A DNA stretch of 64,000 nucleotides. It comes from an uncultured Methanoregulaceae archaeon (GTDB lineage Archaea; Halobacteriota; Methanomicrobia; Methanomicrobiales; Methanospirillaceae). The notes beneath the pieces were generated by a model. It saw nothing but the letters and a program-made list of their open reading frames with translations, was not told the DNA's origin and did not search any database. Both the position numbers and the translations under genes were made by a program. Location: positions 1,120,001 to 1,184,000 of the forward strand of contig OY969564.1 of the NCBI GenBank assembly GCA_963701095.1, given 5' to 3'. Positions 9,732 through 19,864 of this stretch are shown here, in pieces (within the stretch, counting starts at the first letter, position 1; each line of letters opens with the position of its first letter).

Positions 9732-9811
9732 TATATATAGGTTAACTTTAAATAAAATGAAAAATTGCTATATATAGGTTAATTTTAAATAGGATTAAAA
9801 ATACCTATATA
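9732..9811. promoter_or_regulatory. Operator/promoter repeats upstream of the AbiE-like TA operon
   Basis: TATATATAGGTTAA(C/T)TTTAAATA at 9732-9754 and 9769-9791, plus an inverted partial copy at 9795-9811. Confidence 0.6.
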
Positions 9812-9832
9812 CGTTATAAGAGAAGAAGAAAA

Positions 9833-10435
9833 ATGATAAAAAGAAATATATTTCCTTATTTTGGAAGTAAAAAAGAACGAATTTTCAGGATTTTACTGAG
9901 CAAAAAAATAGAAAAACCATCCGGATATAAACTGGCACAATTAGCCGAGATAAGTTATCCCTATGTTCATTCAATTTTAGGTGATCTGGAAAGAGAGGGG
10001 CTACTAAAAGATCGTCAAATTTTAGATATTAAAAAACTTTTCAACTATTGGGCGGAACATCGGGGTCCAAATTACTATAAAGAATACAATATTCAAAATC
10101 CTAAAGATGCTTTAAAAACAGCCAAAATGGAATATGCACTCACGGGCTATTTTGCTGAGAATATTATTGGAAATTATTTGTTTCCCAGATATTATCAGAT
10201 ATATATCGAAGATCAGGATCGGGATAAATGGCACACACACCTGGTAAAAAATGGTTATGTCGGTAAAGGAAATGTGAGGATTTACCTTAATGACCACCAC
10301 GTTTTTTTTGAAAAGCATGAGGTTGATGGTTGGCCCGTGGTATCTGTTCAGCAACTCATTGTAGATTTAATACGGGAAGGTGCTGAATGTGGAGAGGCAG
10401 CAGAGATGCTCATGAAACGGATGTATCATGTCTAA
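9833..10435 (+). CDS. Winged-HTH transcriptional regulator, AbiEi-like type IV antitoxin
   Basis: N-terminal HTH (YKLAQLAEISYPYVHSIL..LEREG); YALTG..A; GNV; PVVS..QL.VDL C-terminus; overlaps the downstream NTase gene. Confidence 0.7.
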   Translation: MIKRNIFPYFGSKKERIFRILLSKKIEKPSGYKLAQLAEISYPYVHSILGDLEREGLLKDRQILDIKKLFNYWAEHRGPNYYKEYNIQNPKDALKTAKMEYALTGYFAENIIGNYLFPRYYQIYIEDQDRDKWHTHLVKNGYVGKGNVRIYLNDHHVFFEKHEVDGWPVVSVQQLIVDLIREGAECGEAAEMLMKRMYHV

Positions 10436-11231
10436 CCCATTATATGAAAAGACGGAAACCGACTCTGCTCTCGACGCTTTAGCGCATATTACCACACGCT
10501 TACCCGAACCATTTTTACTTCTTGGAGGGTGGGGTGTATTTGTAACCGTCAATGATTCATTCAATGAGGAGCACGGTTCTGATTATCTCGGATCAAGAGA
10601 TATCGATGTATGTTTCCATATTGATCCTACGGTTAGTGAAGCTGAATTGAGATCGTGCACGTTTTCAAGAGCCCTCTCAATTGTTCAGGAAATCGGTTAT
10701 TTTCCTCACGGGTTTTGCCGGTTCTGCAGGATAATTAAGAAAGATACCGGGGAAACAATAACAGAAACCGCTGCAAAAACAATGCAATATCATGAATTAT
10801 TTAATTTATATGTGGATATGATGGTTGATAATCTCCATCCGCTGCAGAGGGAGGTTTTCGGTTTTGTGGCTCTTGATGAGCCAATACTTGGAAGAGTTTT
10901 TAATGAACGAACCGGAGTAAAAGTCAATTATAGAGGGGTAAAATTGATGATACCTCCCCCGGTTATGTTGCTTGCCACGAAACTGAGATCCATCCCCAAC
11001 CGGGAAAAGGGTGATAAAATGATTAAAGATGCCTGTGATATCTATGCACTCCTTTGGCATTCCCCTGAAAATTACAGAAACCTCCTAAAAGAGATCCACA
11101 CGCAATATCCCGTAGATTGTATAACAGGATTCAATGCAATTACTGCTGAAATTTCAAGGAAGGCTGCTTACCATCTTGGGGTAGATGCAGAGAGATACAG
11201 GGATGTAATAAAACAATTAAATGAGATATAA
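10428..11231 (+). CDS. Nucleotidyltransferase, AbiEii/DUF1814-like type IV toxin
   Basis: LLGGWGV...GSRDIDV (pol-beta NTase motif), LLATKL...R.K.DK..KDACDIYALL. Confidence 0.75.
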   Translation: MSNPLYEKTETDSALDALAHITTRLPEPFLLLGGWGVFVTVNDSFNEEHGSDYLGSRDIDVCFHIDPTVSEAELRSCTFSRALSIVQEIGYFPHGFCRFCRIIKKDTGETITETAAKTMQYHELFNLYVDMMVDNLHPLQREVFGFVALDEPILGRVFNERTGVKVNYRGVKLMIPPPVMLLATKLRSIPNREKGDKMIKDACDIYALLWHSPENYRNLLKEIHTQYPVDCITGFNAITAEISRKAAYHLGVDAERYRDVIKQLNEI

Positions 11232-11255
11232 AAAAAGCATCTCTCCCTCAAAACG

Positions 11256-12104
11256 TCAGAAGTAAATATCAACCTCACCGTCTGGATTTGCATTACTTAC
11301 GACGTCCACATGCTGTTTGCAGTCAGTAATGGCATTCTCCGGCGTCCAGCTGAGCGTCGGCCTGCCGGCACTTGTCTGTAAATCGATGGCATAGAACGCG
11401 ACAGAACCGATGTCCGGGTAATCGGAACACTGCTGCAGACCGTAGGCTTCAAGCGTCTCGATATTCCAGGTGAGTTCCTGGATATTGCTGACCGGCAGGC
11501 TGGTGTCTGCAATGCCGTTAAACATGCAATCGTAACTGAAGAGGTTATTGTTCTGACCAGACAGGGTCATCACGCCGGTAAGCACCGTCCCCGGCTTTAC
11601 CTGGACGAGATTGGTATGGAACGCCGGTCCCTGCTGGCCGTCAACTTACCAGTTAGCCACTGCCCAATACGGGCCACCGCCTGCTGCAGAAGGGCCCCAC
11701 TGGAGCACGGGCTGGTATATATTCGTAGAGTTCTGGATCCCGCTAAAGAGGAAGATGACCTGGTTGTGGTTCGTTTTTGGCGCAGGAGGGACTTTCCACA
11801 TCGTTGAAAACAGCGTTACCGGATGCCCGGTATCGTTTGTCCAGCCGGCGTAGGCGATCCATCCTTCGCCAAGCCCGGCTGCAAGCGTGGGATGCCGGGA
11901 CACATTCCCGGGCATCAGCGGCTTTCCACTGCTCTTGATCTGCAAAGGCCCGAAATCATGTACCAGGTGTCCCCTGGCATCCATCTGTTGTATGGTGCCG
12001 CGAGCGAGGTCAAGCCTGTGCCCGGGACCAATTGCATGGACATGGGACGTGTGCCGGTACCCGCCGGGCGTTACAACCAGGTCATCGACGGTCTTTCCCG
12101 GCAT
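11256..12104 (-). pseudogene. Peptidase G1 (glutamic peptidase)-like beta-sandwich protein with one in-frame TAA
   Basis: ORFs 11646-12104 and 11256-11585 share a frame; read-through gives ...YQPVLQWGPSAAGGGPYWAVANW*VDGQQG...ETLEAYG; TAA at 11646-11648 where Tyr is expected. Confidence 0.55.
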
Positions 12105-12107
12105 ATT

Positions 12108-12266
12108 TCAGGACCCCCGTCTTTTTCCTTTATTTTTCCCGACGATCGTTCCTGCACCAGTCACCATCTGACCAGGTTTGACATGGTGCACCGAGGACTT
12201 CGGTCTCATACCGCCGGGCGTGAGAACCTGTTCCTCATTTTTTTTGTCTGGTTTCTTGTGAGCCAT
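12108..12266 (-). CDS. 52-aa basic protein homologous to the propeptide motif of the downstream peptidase-like gene
   Basis: MAHKKPDKKNEEQVLTPGGMRPKSSVHHVKPGQMV... vs DDLVVTPGGYRHTSHVHAIGPGHRL; below the ORF-track size cutoff. Confidence 0.65.
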   Translation of the reverse strand: MAHKKPDKKNEEQVLTPGGMRPKSSVHHVKPGQMVTGAGTIVGKNKGKRRGS

Positions 12267-12398
12267 AGGAGAACTCCCCGGTTCGACAGGCTGCCGGCAA
12301 TTCCTGAAAAGGTGGCCGGAACCTGGCAGAACCTTCTGGTGTGGTACACCGGCAGTGCCGGGTCGCCCTATATGCCGTTTTTGTCCCGACCATTGTTG

Positions 12399-13385
12399 TC
12401 ATGTCGGGGTGTTTGTAACGCCGGTCCCGGCAAGAAACGTCGCCTGGCTGACTGCAAGGATGGCAACCAGCCCGTCAGAAACGGCCGGAAGCCCCAGTGA
12501 CGCGGGATTGGTAGTGGTCAGGAACATGTTGAGAATCAGGGCGCCATACCCCACAATCGCGATGACCGTGAACAGGAACATCTGCGTTTTGTGGACATCC
12601 ACGTACATCGCGTTGTTCAGCTCGTCTCCCTGGAAGATATCGGTAAACCGTGCATCAGCGGGGGCCGCCTTTCCGTAGAGGACACCGGAGCCTGTTGCAG
12701 CTACCTCAGCCTCGGTCCGGCTGAACGCTGCGGCAGCCTTTGTGACGGGTGCCGGATACCTGGAGGTATCTATCCTCGGGCCATCGGCTGTTATCTGCTG
12801 AAGAGGTGCCGGCTCTTTAGCCGCTTTTGCGCTCGCGATCACGGGTGCACCAACGGCTGAAGAAGCAGACAGTCCCAGAAGCGCCCACAGGTGCCAGTCT
12901 ATGGTGATATTGAACGGGTCGGTGATGGTTGCGGCGTTCAGGAACCGGATGAACAGTATGACCAGGTATGCCGAGATTACAAGGACCGTCCAGCACACAA
13001 TCTGGAGGCGCGAAAGGTCCATGCAGTTTCGCTCATTAATAAAAATTCCCATAAGCCGGCACAGGACAAAAGAACCAAGAACAAAAATAAAGATCAAAAG
13101 GATAACGATTGCCGCTCCCCACGCCGACCATACCGGCAACCTGGGAATTGCAAGGATCACGTACGGTACCACAAGAAGGACAAGAATAATAACTGCAAGC
13201 AAAAGCATTTCCTTGATATTGGGCCACTTGTGGGCGTCTTTATGGACCACGTTTGCGGATTTAATCAGGACAGACAGGTCTTCACCTTCTGCCGGTTCGG
13301 TGAACTCTTCGGTCACATAGGTAACCACGCGCTTCCGGTCACTTCGGGGAGTGTATCGCATAAGGACTTCCTGATCACCGGACAA
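12399..13385 (-). CDS. Multi-pass hypothetical membrane protein (DLSR.Q...WT family)
   Basis: ~6 TM helices; INERN.MDLSRLQIV.WT, D+F.GDE, VD..K.QMF.FT motifs. Confidence 0.65.
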   Translation of the reverse strand: MSGDQEVLMRYTPRSDRKRVVTYVTEEFTEPAEGEDLSVLIKSANVVHKDAHKWPNIKEMLLLAVIILVLLVVPYVILAIPRLPVWSAWGAAIVILLIFIFVLGSFVLCRLMGIFINERNCMDLSRLQIVCWTVLVISAYLVILFIRFLNAATITDPFNITIDWHLWALLGLSASSAVGAPVIASAKAAKEPAPLQQITADGPRIDTSRYPAPVTKAAAAFSRTEAEVAATGSGVLYGKAAPADARFTDIFQGDELNNAMYVDVHKTQMFLFTVIAIVGYGALILNMFLTTTNPASLGLPAVSDGLVAILAVSQATFLAGTGVTNTPT

Positions 13386-13829
13386 ACCCGTTTTTTCGAA
13401 ACGGGTTCATCTTTGTTGATCAAATCACCACTATGGCAGGGAGGGTTTATATAAATTACTAAACAATAATTTACAAAATTTTAAGCAATAGTGCCGGTTT
13501 TTGATTTTTTAACGACCCGGGAAAAGCAGGAATTCTATCCCGGAAACCTGGGATACGGCGTTTCCTCAAAAACAGGTTATTCTTTAAGAGAAATATAACT
13601 ATTAAGATAAAGTTTTCAAGGTTTCGGCAGCGCGAAACGGTACCGTGCCGAAAAAAGGGAAATGACGATAATGTTTATAGGTGATGAAGATGGCTTTGAA
13701 GGAATGGGAAAATAGAATTTTGATACGGTATCGATCCCCCGTACATTAACGAAACAATGCAGACCGGGATCTGGCAATACCAAAAACGAACGTGAACGAC
13801 GACGCCGATATGGCATATACGCGGTCATA

Positions 13830-14063
13830 TACCACAATGTGAGCTTCCGGAAGATCTTGTATGACAAATAAACGATACTGTCCGGAGTATCCTTCCAGTG
13901 ATCCCGCGTATTTTATCAGGTTCTCTGACGATAGATGAATATGGGTCTTATCCAAGGGTACGCCCGGGAACTTTCCGAACGACGCACAGATTATCCGGTA
14001 CGACCGGATAGTCCCCGGAGCATGATCCGCCGTTTCCCGCAGACATTCCTGCACTGCGTACAC
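13830..14063 (-). pseudogene. Remnant of a tyrosine-integrase N-terminal (core-binding/SAM-like) domain
   Basis: APGTIRSYRIICASFGKF...LSSENLIKYAGSLEGYS/DSIVYLSYKIFRKLTLWY (one frameshift) fits the S..T...Y...F..F ... Y...L...S..T......R.F..W pattern; no catalytic domain visible. Confidence 0.4.
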
Positions 14064-14121
14064 GATAATCTGTTCCTTTCCCGTTCAACATGGCTTAATA
14101 CCGTTCATGGGGTGAGATAAT

Positions 14122-14754
14122 TTGAACATTACCGCTCTCAGGCCCCGGTTCAAACAGTATCTCGAACCCATTGCCGGGGTCTTTATCCGGTGCGGTATTA
14201 CACCGAACCAGTGTTCGTTCCTTGCACTTATTGCCGGGATTTTTGCGGCAGTGCTTTTTATGGAGCGCCTGTTCCTGGCCGGCAGCCTGTTTTTACTGCT
14301 GTCTGCCATTTTCGATCTCGTAGACGGCAGTATCGCCCGGCGCACCAACTCCCCGACAAAATTCGGTGCGGTCTTTGACTGGATTGTTGACAAATATGTC
14401 GATGCCCTGGTGATCCTCGGGGTCGGCCTTTCCGGTATCCCTGATCCTGAGTGGAATCCTTCCGGTGCCGGTAACCGCAGACTTTGCCATCACCGGTCTT
14501 GCCATTACCGGCTCCCTCATGAACACGTTTATCAAACCCGTTGTCTACGCAGAGGTCGGGTACCGGGAAAAAGTCGAAGGTAAAATTGACGATCCCCTCG
14601 AAGGGGTAGGTTTCTTTGGCGGCCTGAGACATTTCTTGTCCTGATCCTCGGAGGAGTCACCGGGTTTATCTGGGTATCGGTAATCATTATCGCAATCTGC
14701 ACAAACCTGTCAGCAATCCAGCGGATCCTCTACCTCCATACTACTCTTTCCTGA
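14122..14754 (+). CDS. CDP-alcohol phosphatidyltransferase (archaetidylinositol phosphate synthase-like); two frameshifts (~14442, ~14620)
   Basis: TPN...DLVDGSIAR.....TKFGAVFDWIVDKYVD signature; C-terminus FFGRPET...SAIQRI in shifted frames. Confidence 0.85.
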
Positions 14755-14785
14755 CGGCGGTGCACACACGTATGCCCCGCCCGCA

Positions 14786-14831
14786 CGTATAAAATTAAAT
14801 GTAGGACTATACTACAATTAATTTCGGAGTT
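14786..14831 (+). repeat. Palindromic site A, copy 2
   Basis: CGTATAAAATTAAATGTAGGACTATACTACAATTAATTTCGGAGTT; direct repeat of 461-507. Confidence 0.85.
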
Positions 14832-15278
14832 TTCTCTGGATACACCAGATTACTGTAATACCGTTTGATACAGGATCGAATCTTAAACCCCCTTTTATGG
14901 TGTACGGAATTACGACGTATTTTTGCCGTACAGGGAAAGTTTTGTAAAGCAAACGCATACCGTGCACGTGGGATACATGCCGGATAAAGCAACGTATGCT
15001 TGTGCCGCTCAACAGTCCTCTTTTAGGGACTTCAGAAAGTCGGGGTACTTTCAGGAGAGCGGAAACATCAGGTACCGAGTACCAACCGATTCAGGACCAC
15101 CTGATATTTTCCCTTTTTAGGGACGGACATAAACCGGGGTACAGATTATGCCAGCAAGTCCGGATTATCTCATCTCAGTAAAAAGACATCTCCTCTTTTA
15201 ATCCGGCAAACGTGCAGCCGGAATCTATAACTGTTTTTGCGCCGGTAAATTATGCACTGCGTTTACCGGGAGTTCGCC

Positions 15279-17265
15279 ATGGACATTTTACTCGCCGCCG
15301 TATGTGTCATTATCTTATCCATTATCCTCCTGTACTTCGGCCACCGGTTTGGTCTTCCCAGTATCGTCAGTTTCCTCGTGATCGGGATGGTCGCCGGGCC
15401 GTTCGGGCTTGGACTTATACAGGACCAGTCCCTGATCAGTACCATTGGCGAGATCGGTATCATCCTCCTGCTTTTCACCATCGGCCTTGAGTTCTCCTTC
15501 CAGTCGTTCCTGCGGTCGTGGCGTGCCGTTATTATCGGCGGTACTGTCCAGATCTGTACTACCGTTGTTGCGATCACGGTAATCACCCTTGCATTCCAGA
15601 TGCCGTTCGGCGAGGCTCTGCTCTTCGGGTTCATCGTCTCACTCTCGAGTACTGCCATCGTCATGAAGATCCTCCAGGAGAAAGGCGAAGTGGATACGCT
15701 CCAGGGAAGGACACTTCTGGGTATCCTGATCTTCCAGGACCTGGCCATTATCCCGATGATGCTCTTGGTTCCCCTGCTTGCCGGGACCAGTACCGGTTTC
15801 GATCTTTCCGTCATACCCTACCAGGTTGCAAAAATTGCTGTTATCTTCCTTGTTATTGTGGTCCTTGGGTACTGGATCATCCCGCGGCTGCTGTTCAGGA
15901 TCGCAAAGGAACGGAGCCGGGAGCTTTTCCTCTTTACCATTGCCGGTATCTGTATCATTATCGCGTGGCTTACTAACGAAGCCGGGCTCTCGTTTACGCT
16001 GGGAGCATTTATTGCCGGCCTGATCATCGGGGAGTCAGATTACAACATCGATGCTTTAAGCCACATCATTCCTTTCCGGGATGTCTTTGCTTCCGTCTTT
16101 TTCCTGTCGATAGGGATGCTGTTAAACACCGGGACCGTTCTTGACATGTTCGGGTTTGTTGCCCTCATGATCTTTGTCGTTTTCTGGGTCAAGGTCCTGA
16201 CCGGTGCCTTCTCTGCGGCAATCCTCGGGATGCCTGCACGGATCTGTGTCTATTCCGGTCTTGCACTTGCACAGATCGGTGAGTTCTCGTTTGTTCTCGC
16301 GCAGACCGGCCAGGATGCCGGGGTCATACACCGGGGGCATACCAGATTTTCCTTGCCGGGGCAGTCGTCACCATGGCGTTTGCCCCGTTTGCCATCCGGG
16401 CATCACCGGCCGTTGTCGATCTTCTCTACCGGCTTTTCCCGACACGAATTAAACGCGAAAAACTCATGGAAGGTATCGCTCCTGAAGAGGATCTCAGCAA
16501 CCACATTATCATCGCAGGGTACGGGATCACCGGTAAAAGTGTGGCCCGGGCAGCGACGCTTGCCGGTATTCCTTACATGGCCATAGAACTTAACCCGGAA
16601 ATCATCCGGCAGGAACGTTCCCCGTACCGGCCCAATTTTATATTCGGCGACGCCGTCCAGGAAGAAGTACTCCTCCATGCGGGTATCAGGAGGGCACGGA
16701 CTCTGGTCGTTGTTGTTTCCGAAGAAGAGGCGGTGCCGCGTATCATTCGCGCAGCACGAAATCTCTCACAAGACGTCCATATCCTTGCAAGAACCCGGCA
16801 CGTCAGGAACGCGCAAAACCTTCTCGATCTTGGTGCAGACGAGGTTATTTCCGAAGAATTTGAATCTGCGCTCGAAATATTTACCGGGCCCTGAAACGGT
16901 ACGAGATCCCGGAAGAAGAAGTCGTCAGGATCATCAAACGGGCAAAACGTATGGGTGCAGCCATGTTTACCCGGTGCACCGATCCGGTCCAGCAGCAGAA
17001 AATCCAGAACTTCGAGACGCTTTTCAAAGCCACCCATATCCATACCGTACAGGTCGAGGAAGGGTCATTTGCCGAGGGAAAGACCATCGGCGAACTGGGG
17101 CTTAAAGACCGGTTCGGCATCCGGGAGTTCGGGTTCCGCCGGGGAACGCTGCGGTTTACCCAGCCTGACCCCGGTATGCTCCTTGAAGCGGGAGATACAC
17201 TTGTATTCTTTATCACCGATCAGCTGGCAGGCCAGATTATCCCGCTGTTTTCAAAAGGAAAATAG
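15279..17265 (+). CDS. Kef-type K+/H+ antiporter (CPA2 + TrkA_N + TrkA_C); frameshifts at ~16330 and ~16884
   Basis: LLFTIGLEFS, SLSSTAIV, LIFQD, QIGEFSFV; IAGYGITG Rossmann motif; RCK-C domain. Confidence 0.9.
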
Positions 17266-17268
17266 TTC

Positions 17269-18039
17269 TTAGAGCCGCATGTGCTTGAATGAATACGTCC
17301 CGACCAGGATCATAACCACGGAAAAGATACAGATAATAAGAAAATCAAGCCGTATATCAAACTGGTGCAGACCTACAAGGGTCCCGCGAAGCCCGTCAAC
17401 GGCATACGTAGCAGGGTTTGCAAGCACAAACGGCGTAAGCCACCCGGGAAGATTGTTGATGGGAAAAAGCGCACCCGAAAGGAAAAACATCGGGGTCACC
17501 AGGAAACTGCTGACCAGCTGGAACCCTTCCGGGCTCTCCATCCGGGAACCAAGGATAAGACCGATACTGACAAGACCCACGGTAGTAACCAGGAGGAATG
17601 CTACGGTAATAGTGACGGTGACCGGTGAAAACGTGATATCTTCAAGGATACCAACCCGGGAAAACACGTAACCGAAAATAAGCAGGATCGCAATCTGGAT
17701 GAGGGTATCGGTTGAACCCCCCAGGATCTTCCCGATGAATATCGAGGTCCGTGACAACGGCGAGACAAGGACTTCTTTTAAGAAATCGATCTTTTTATCC
17801 CACACAATATAGACCCCGAAAAAGACCGCGGAGAAAAGCGCTGTCTGGAGGAGAATCCCGGGAAACAGGAAACTGAGGAAATTAACGCCACCAAACGAGA
17901 GGACCGAACCGAGACCACCCCCGATGATCAGGAGCCACAGGACCGGACTTGCAACTGACGCCACCAGCCGGGACTGTTCCCGGCAGAAAACCTTGAATTC
18001 ACGGTACCACAGCGCGTAGATACCCCGGAGATCGCTCAT
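17269..18039 (-). CDS. ABC-2 type exporter permease
   Basis: 6 TM; PM.FLSGALFP...LPGWL..NP.TY.VDGLR. Confidence 0.9.
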   Translation of the reverse strand: MSDLRGIYALWYREFKVFCREQSRLVASVASPVLWLLIIGGGLGSVLSFGGVNFLSFLFPGILLQTALFSAVFFGVYIVWDKKIDFLKEVLVSPLSRTSIFIGKILGGSTDTLIQIAILLIFGYVFSRVGILEDITFSPVTVTITVAFLLVTTVGLVSIGLILGSRMESPEGFQLVSSFLVTPMFFLSGALFPINNLPGWLTPFVLANPATYAVDGLRGTLVGLHQFDIRLDFLIICIFSVVMILVGTYSFKHMRL

Positions 18040-19004
18040 CGTCTCAACCCCGCACTCATTGCTTTTTCTGCCCAGTTACCTTCAGGTGATCCTTCACGGA
18101 TTGCTCTGCCGGTATGATGGAGAAACACATCTTCGAGCGTCATCGGCCTTACCTCGACAAAGTCCACCGGGCCGGCCCGGTTGAGGACCTCCTGCAGGTG
18201 AATGCCTGCGTCCTCCACCGTAATACTGATCCCGTCCTGCTCAGTCCGGACACCTTTTACGAACGGCAGTCCCTGTAACGATGCAACATCGAATCTTTTA
18301 GCCTTGAGGAATATGATGTCCCCTCCTACTTCCTGTTTGAGCTGGGACGGGGATCCCAGGACGGCGATTTTTCCGGCATCAACGATCCCGACCCTGTTGC
18401 AGAGCCGGTCTGCCTCGTCCATGTAGTGGGTGGTGATAATGATCGTGATATTCTTCTCTTGTGCTAGTTTCTTTACATACGCCCAGATATGTTCACGGGT
18501 CTGCGGGTCAAGCCCGAGCGTTGGTTCGTCAAGGAACAGGATTTTCGGGTGGTGCATCAGGCCGCGTGCCAGTTCAAGCCTCCTTCTCATGCCCCCGGAA
18601 TATTTCTTTACCATATCGTCTTTCCTGCCGGTGAGATCAACAAGGGCAAGGACCTCGGCGATCCGTTGTTCGCGGAGATTGGAGGGCATATCGTACAAAA
18701 GGCCGTGCAGGTTCAGGTTCTCATAACCCGTCAAGGTTTCATCGGAGCTGGGATCCTGGAAAACGATACCGATCGACTTTCGTACCTTATCCGGCTGTAA
18801 AACGATATCAAAACCATTCACAATTGCTGTCCCGGACGTAGGCCGGAGAAGGGTTGTGAGCATCAGGAGCGTCGTTGTTTTTCCGGCACCGTTTGGTCCA
18901 AGGAGGCCAAACACTTCCCCTTCGCCGATAGAAAGGCTGAGATCATTGACCGCGACAAGCTTCCCGAATCGTTTACTTAAGTTTTTTATCTCGATAAGTG
19001 GCAT
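18036..19004 (-). CDS. ABC exporter ATP-binding protein (DrrA-like)
   Basis: GPNGAGKTT, YSGGMRRR, LFLDEPT, THYMDEA. Confidence 0.95.
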   Translation of the reverse strand: MPLIEIKNLSKRFGKLVAVNDLSLSIGEGEVFGLLGPNGAGKTTTLLMLTTLLRPTSGTAIVNGFDIVLQPDKVRKSIGIVFQDPSSDETLTGYENLNLHGLLYDMPSNLREQRIAEVLALVDLTGRKDDMVKKYSGGMRRRLELARGLMHHPKILFLDEPTLGLDPQTREHIWAYVKKLAQEKNITIIITTHYMDEADRLCNRVGIVDAGKIAVLGSPSQLKQEVGGDIIFLKAKRFDVASLQGLPFVKGVRTEQDGISITVEDAGIHLQEVLNRAGPVDFVEVRPMTLEDVFLHHTGRAIREGSPEGNWAEKAMSAGLRR

Positions 19005-19121
19005 AGGCCGGCCCTTATAGTACGGCCAGTTTGGGTTTTCTTCGGGTAAATAGTAGCGGATTTTACTGTCCCGGGACAGACTGACGGATTTAAAAATGAC
19101 AACAGCACGAATAGTAGTACT

Positions 19122-19802
19122 ATGCGCCCTTTGGTTGTCGTCAACGTGGCGATGAGCGCGGACGGAAAACTGTCGACCCGCGAACGCCGGCAGGTGAAGA
19201 TCTCCGGTGCAGAGGATTTTTCCCGGGTTGACCGGCTGAAAGCCAGTACCGATGCCGTCATGATCGGGATAGGCACCGTTCTTGCCGATGATCCGTCACT
19301 TACGGTCAAGAGCCCGGAGTCCAGACGCGAACGCCACAACCGCGGGAAACCAGAGCATCCGGTACGGGTCGTTATCGACAGCGAGGCACGGACGCCCCCG
19401 GATGCTTCCATCCTTACCAAAGGAGAGGGCGTCCGGGTGGTTGCAGTAACCGGGCAGGCCGATCCGGATAGGGTGAGTGTACTCCGGACAAAGGCGACCG
19501 TGATTGTGGCCGGGAAAACCGAAGTGGATCTCGGCCTTGTCCTTGAAGAACTGGGGGCAATGGGGATCCGGCACCTCATGGTGGAAGGCGGGGGAACGCT
19601 GATTGCCGGGTTGGTCCGGGCCGGCCTTGTTGACGAGATCTATACCTATATAGGGAATATCATCATCGGCGGAAAGGATGCACCAACACTTGCAGACGGT
19701 CCGGGCTGGATACGCGAAACCGATTTTGCCCGGCTCGAACTTACTGAAGTTACCCGGATAGATAACGGCATTCTCCTGCACTGGCTGGTTAAAAAGCCGT
19801 AA
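19122..19802 (+). CDS. arfC: 2,5-diamino-6-(ribosylamino)-4(3H)-pyrimidinone 5'-phosphate reductase (archaeal Rib7)
   Basis: AMSADGK, GIGTVLADDPSLT, LMVEGGG; RibD_C domain only. Confidence 0.85.
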   Translation: MRPLVVVNVAMSADGKLSTRERRQVKISGAEDFSRVDRLKASTDAVMIGIGTVLADDPSLTVKSPESRRERHNRGKPEHPVRVVIDSEARTPPDASILTKGEGVRVVAVTGQADPDRVSVLRTKATVIVAGKTEVDLGLVLEELGAMGIRHLMVEGGGTLIAGLVRAGLVDEIYTYIGNIIIGGKDAPTLADGPGWIRETDFARLELTEVTRIDNGILLHWLVKKP

Positions 19803-19864
19803 ACCGGAATTTTTTTATCGCTTTTCTGTTCCCTGCAGCAGATACCAAAGCTCATGAAGAATCA

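Noticed and set aside
11646..12110. Selenocysteine/pyrrolysine recoding of the in-frame stops
   Set aside because: One stop is TAA at an expected Tyr; the TGA is not at a Cys-like catalytic position; no sel or pyl genes in the window
14832..15250. Short ORFs or a structured ncRNA upstream of the Kef gene
   Set aside because: No recognisable protein motif or convincing conserved RNA structure by eye
15269..15280. GGAGTTCGCCAT, similar to the fluoride riboswitch core, upstream of the antiporter
   Set aside because: No upstream GGCGATG pairing strand; it is simply the RBS plus start codon
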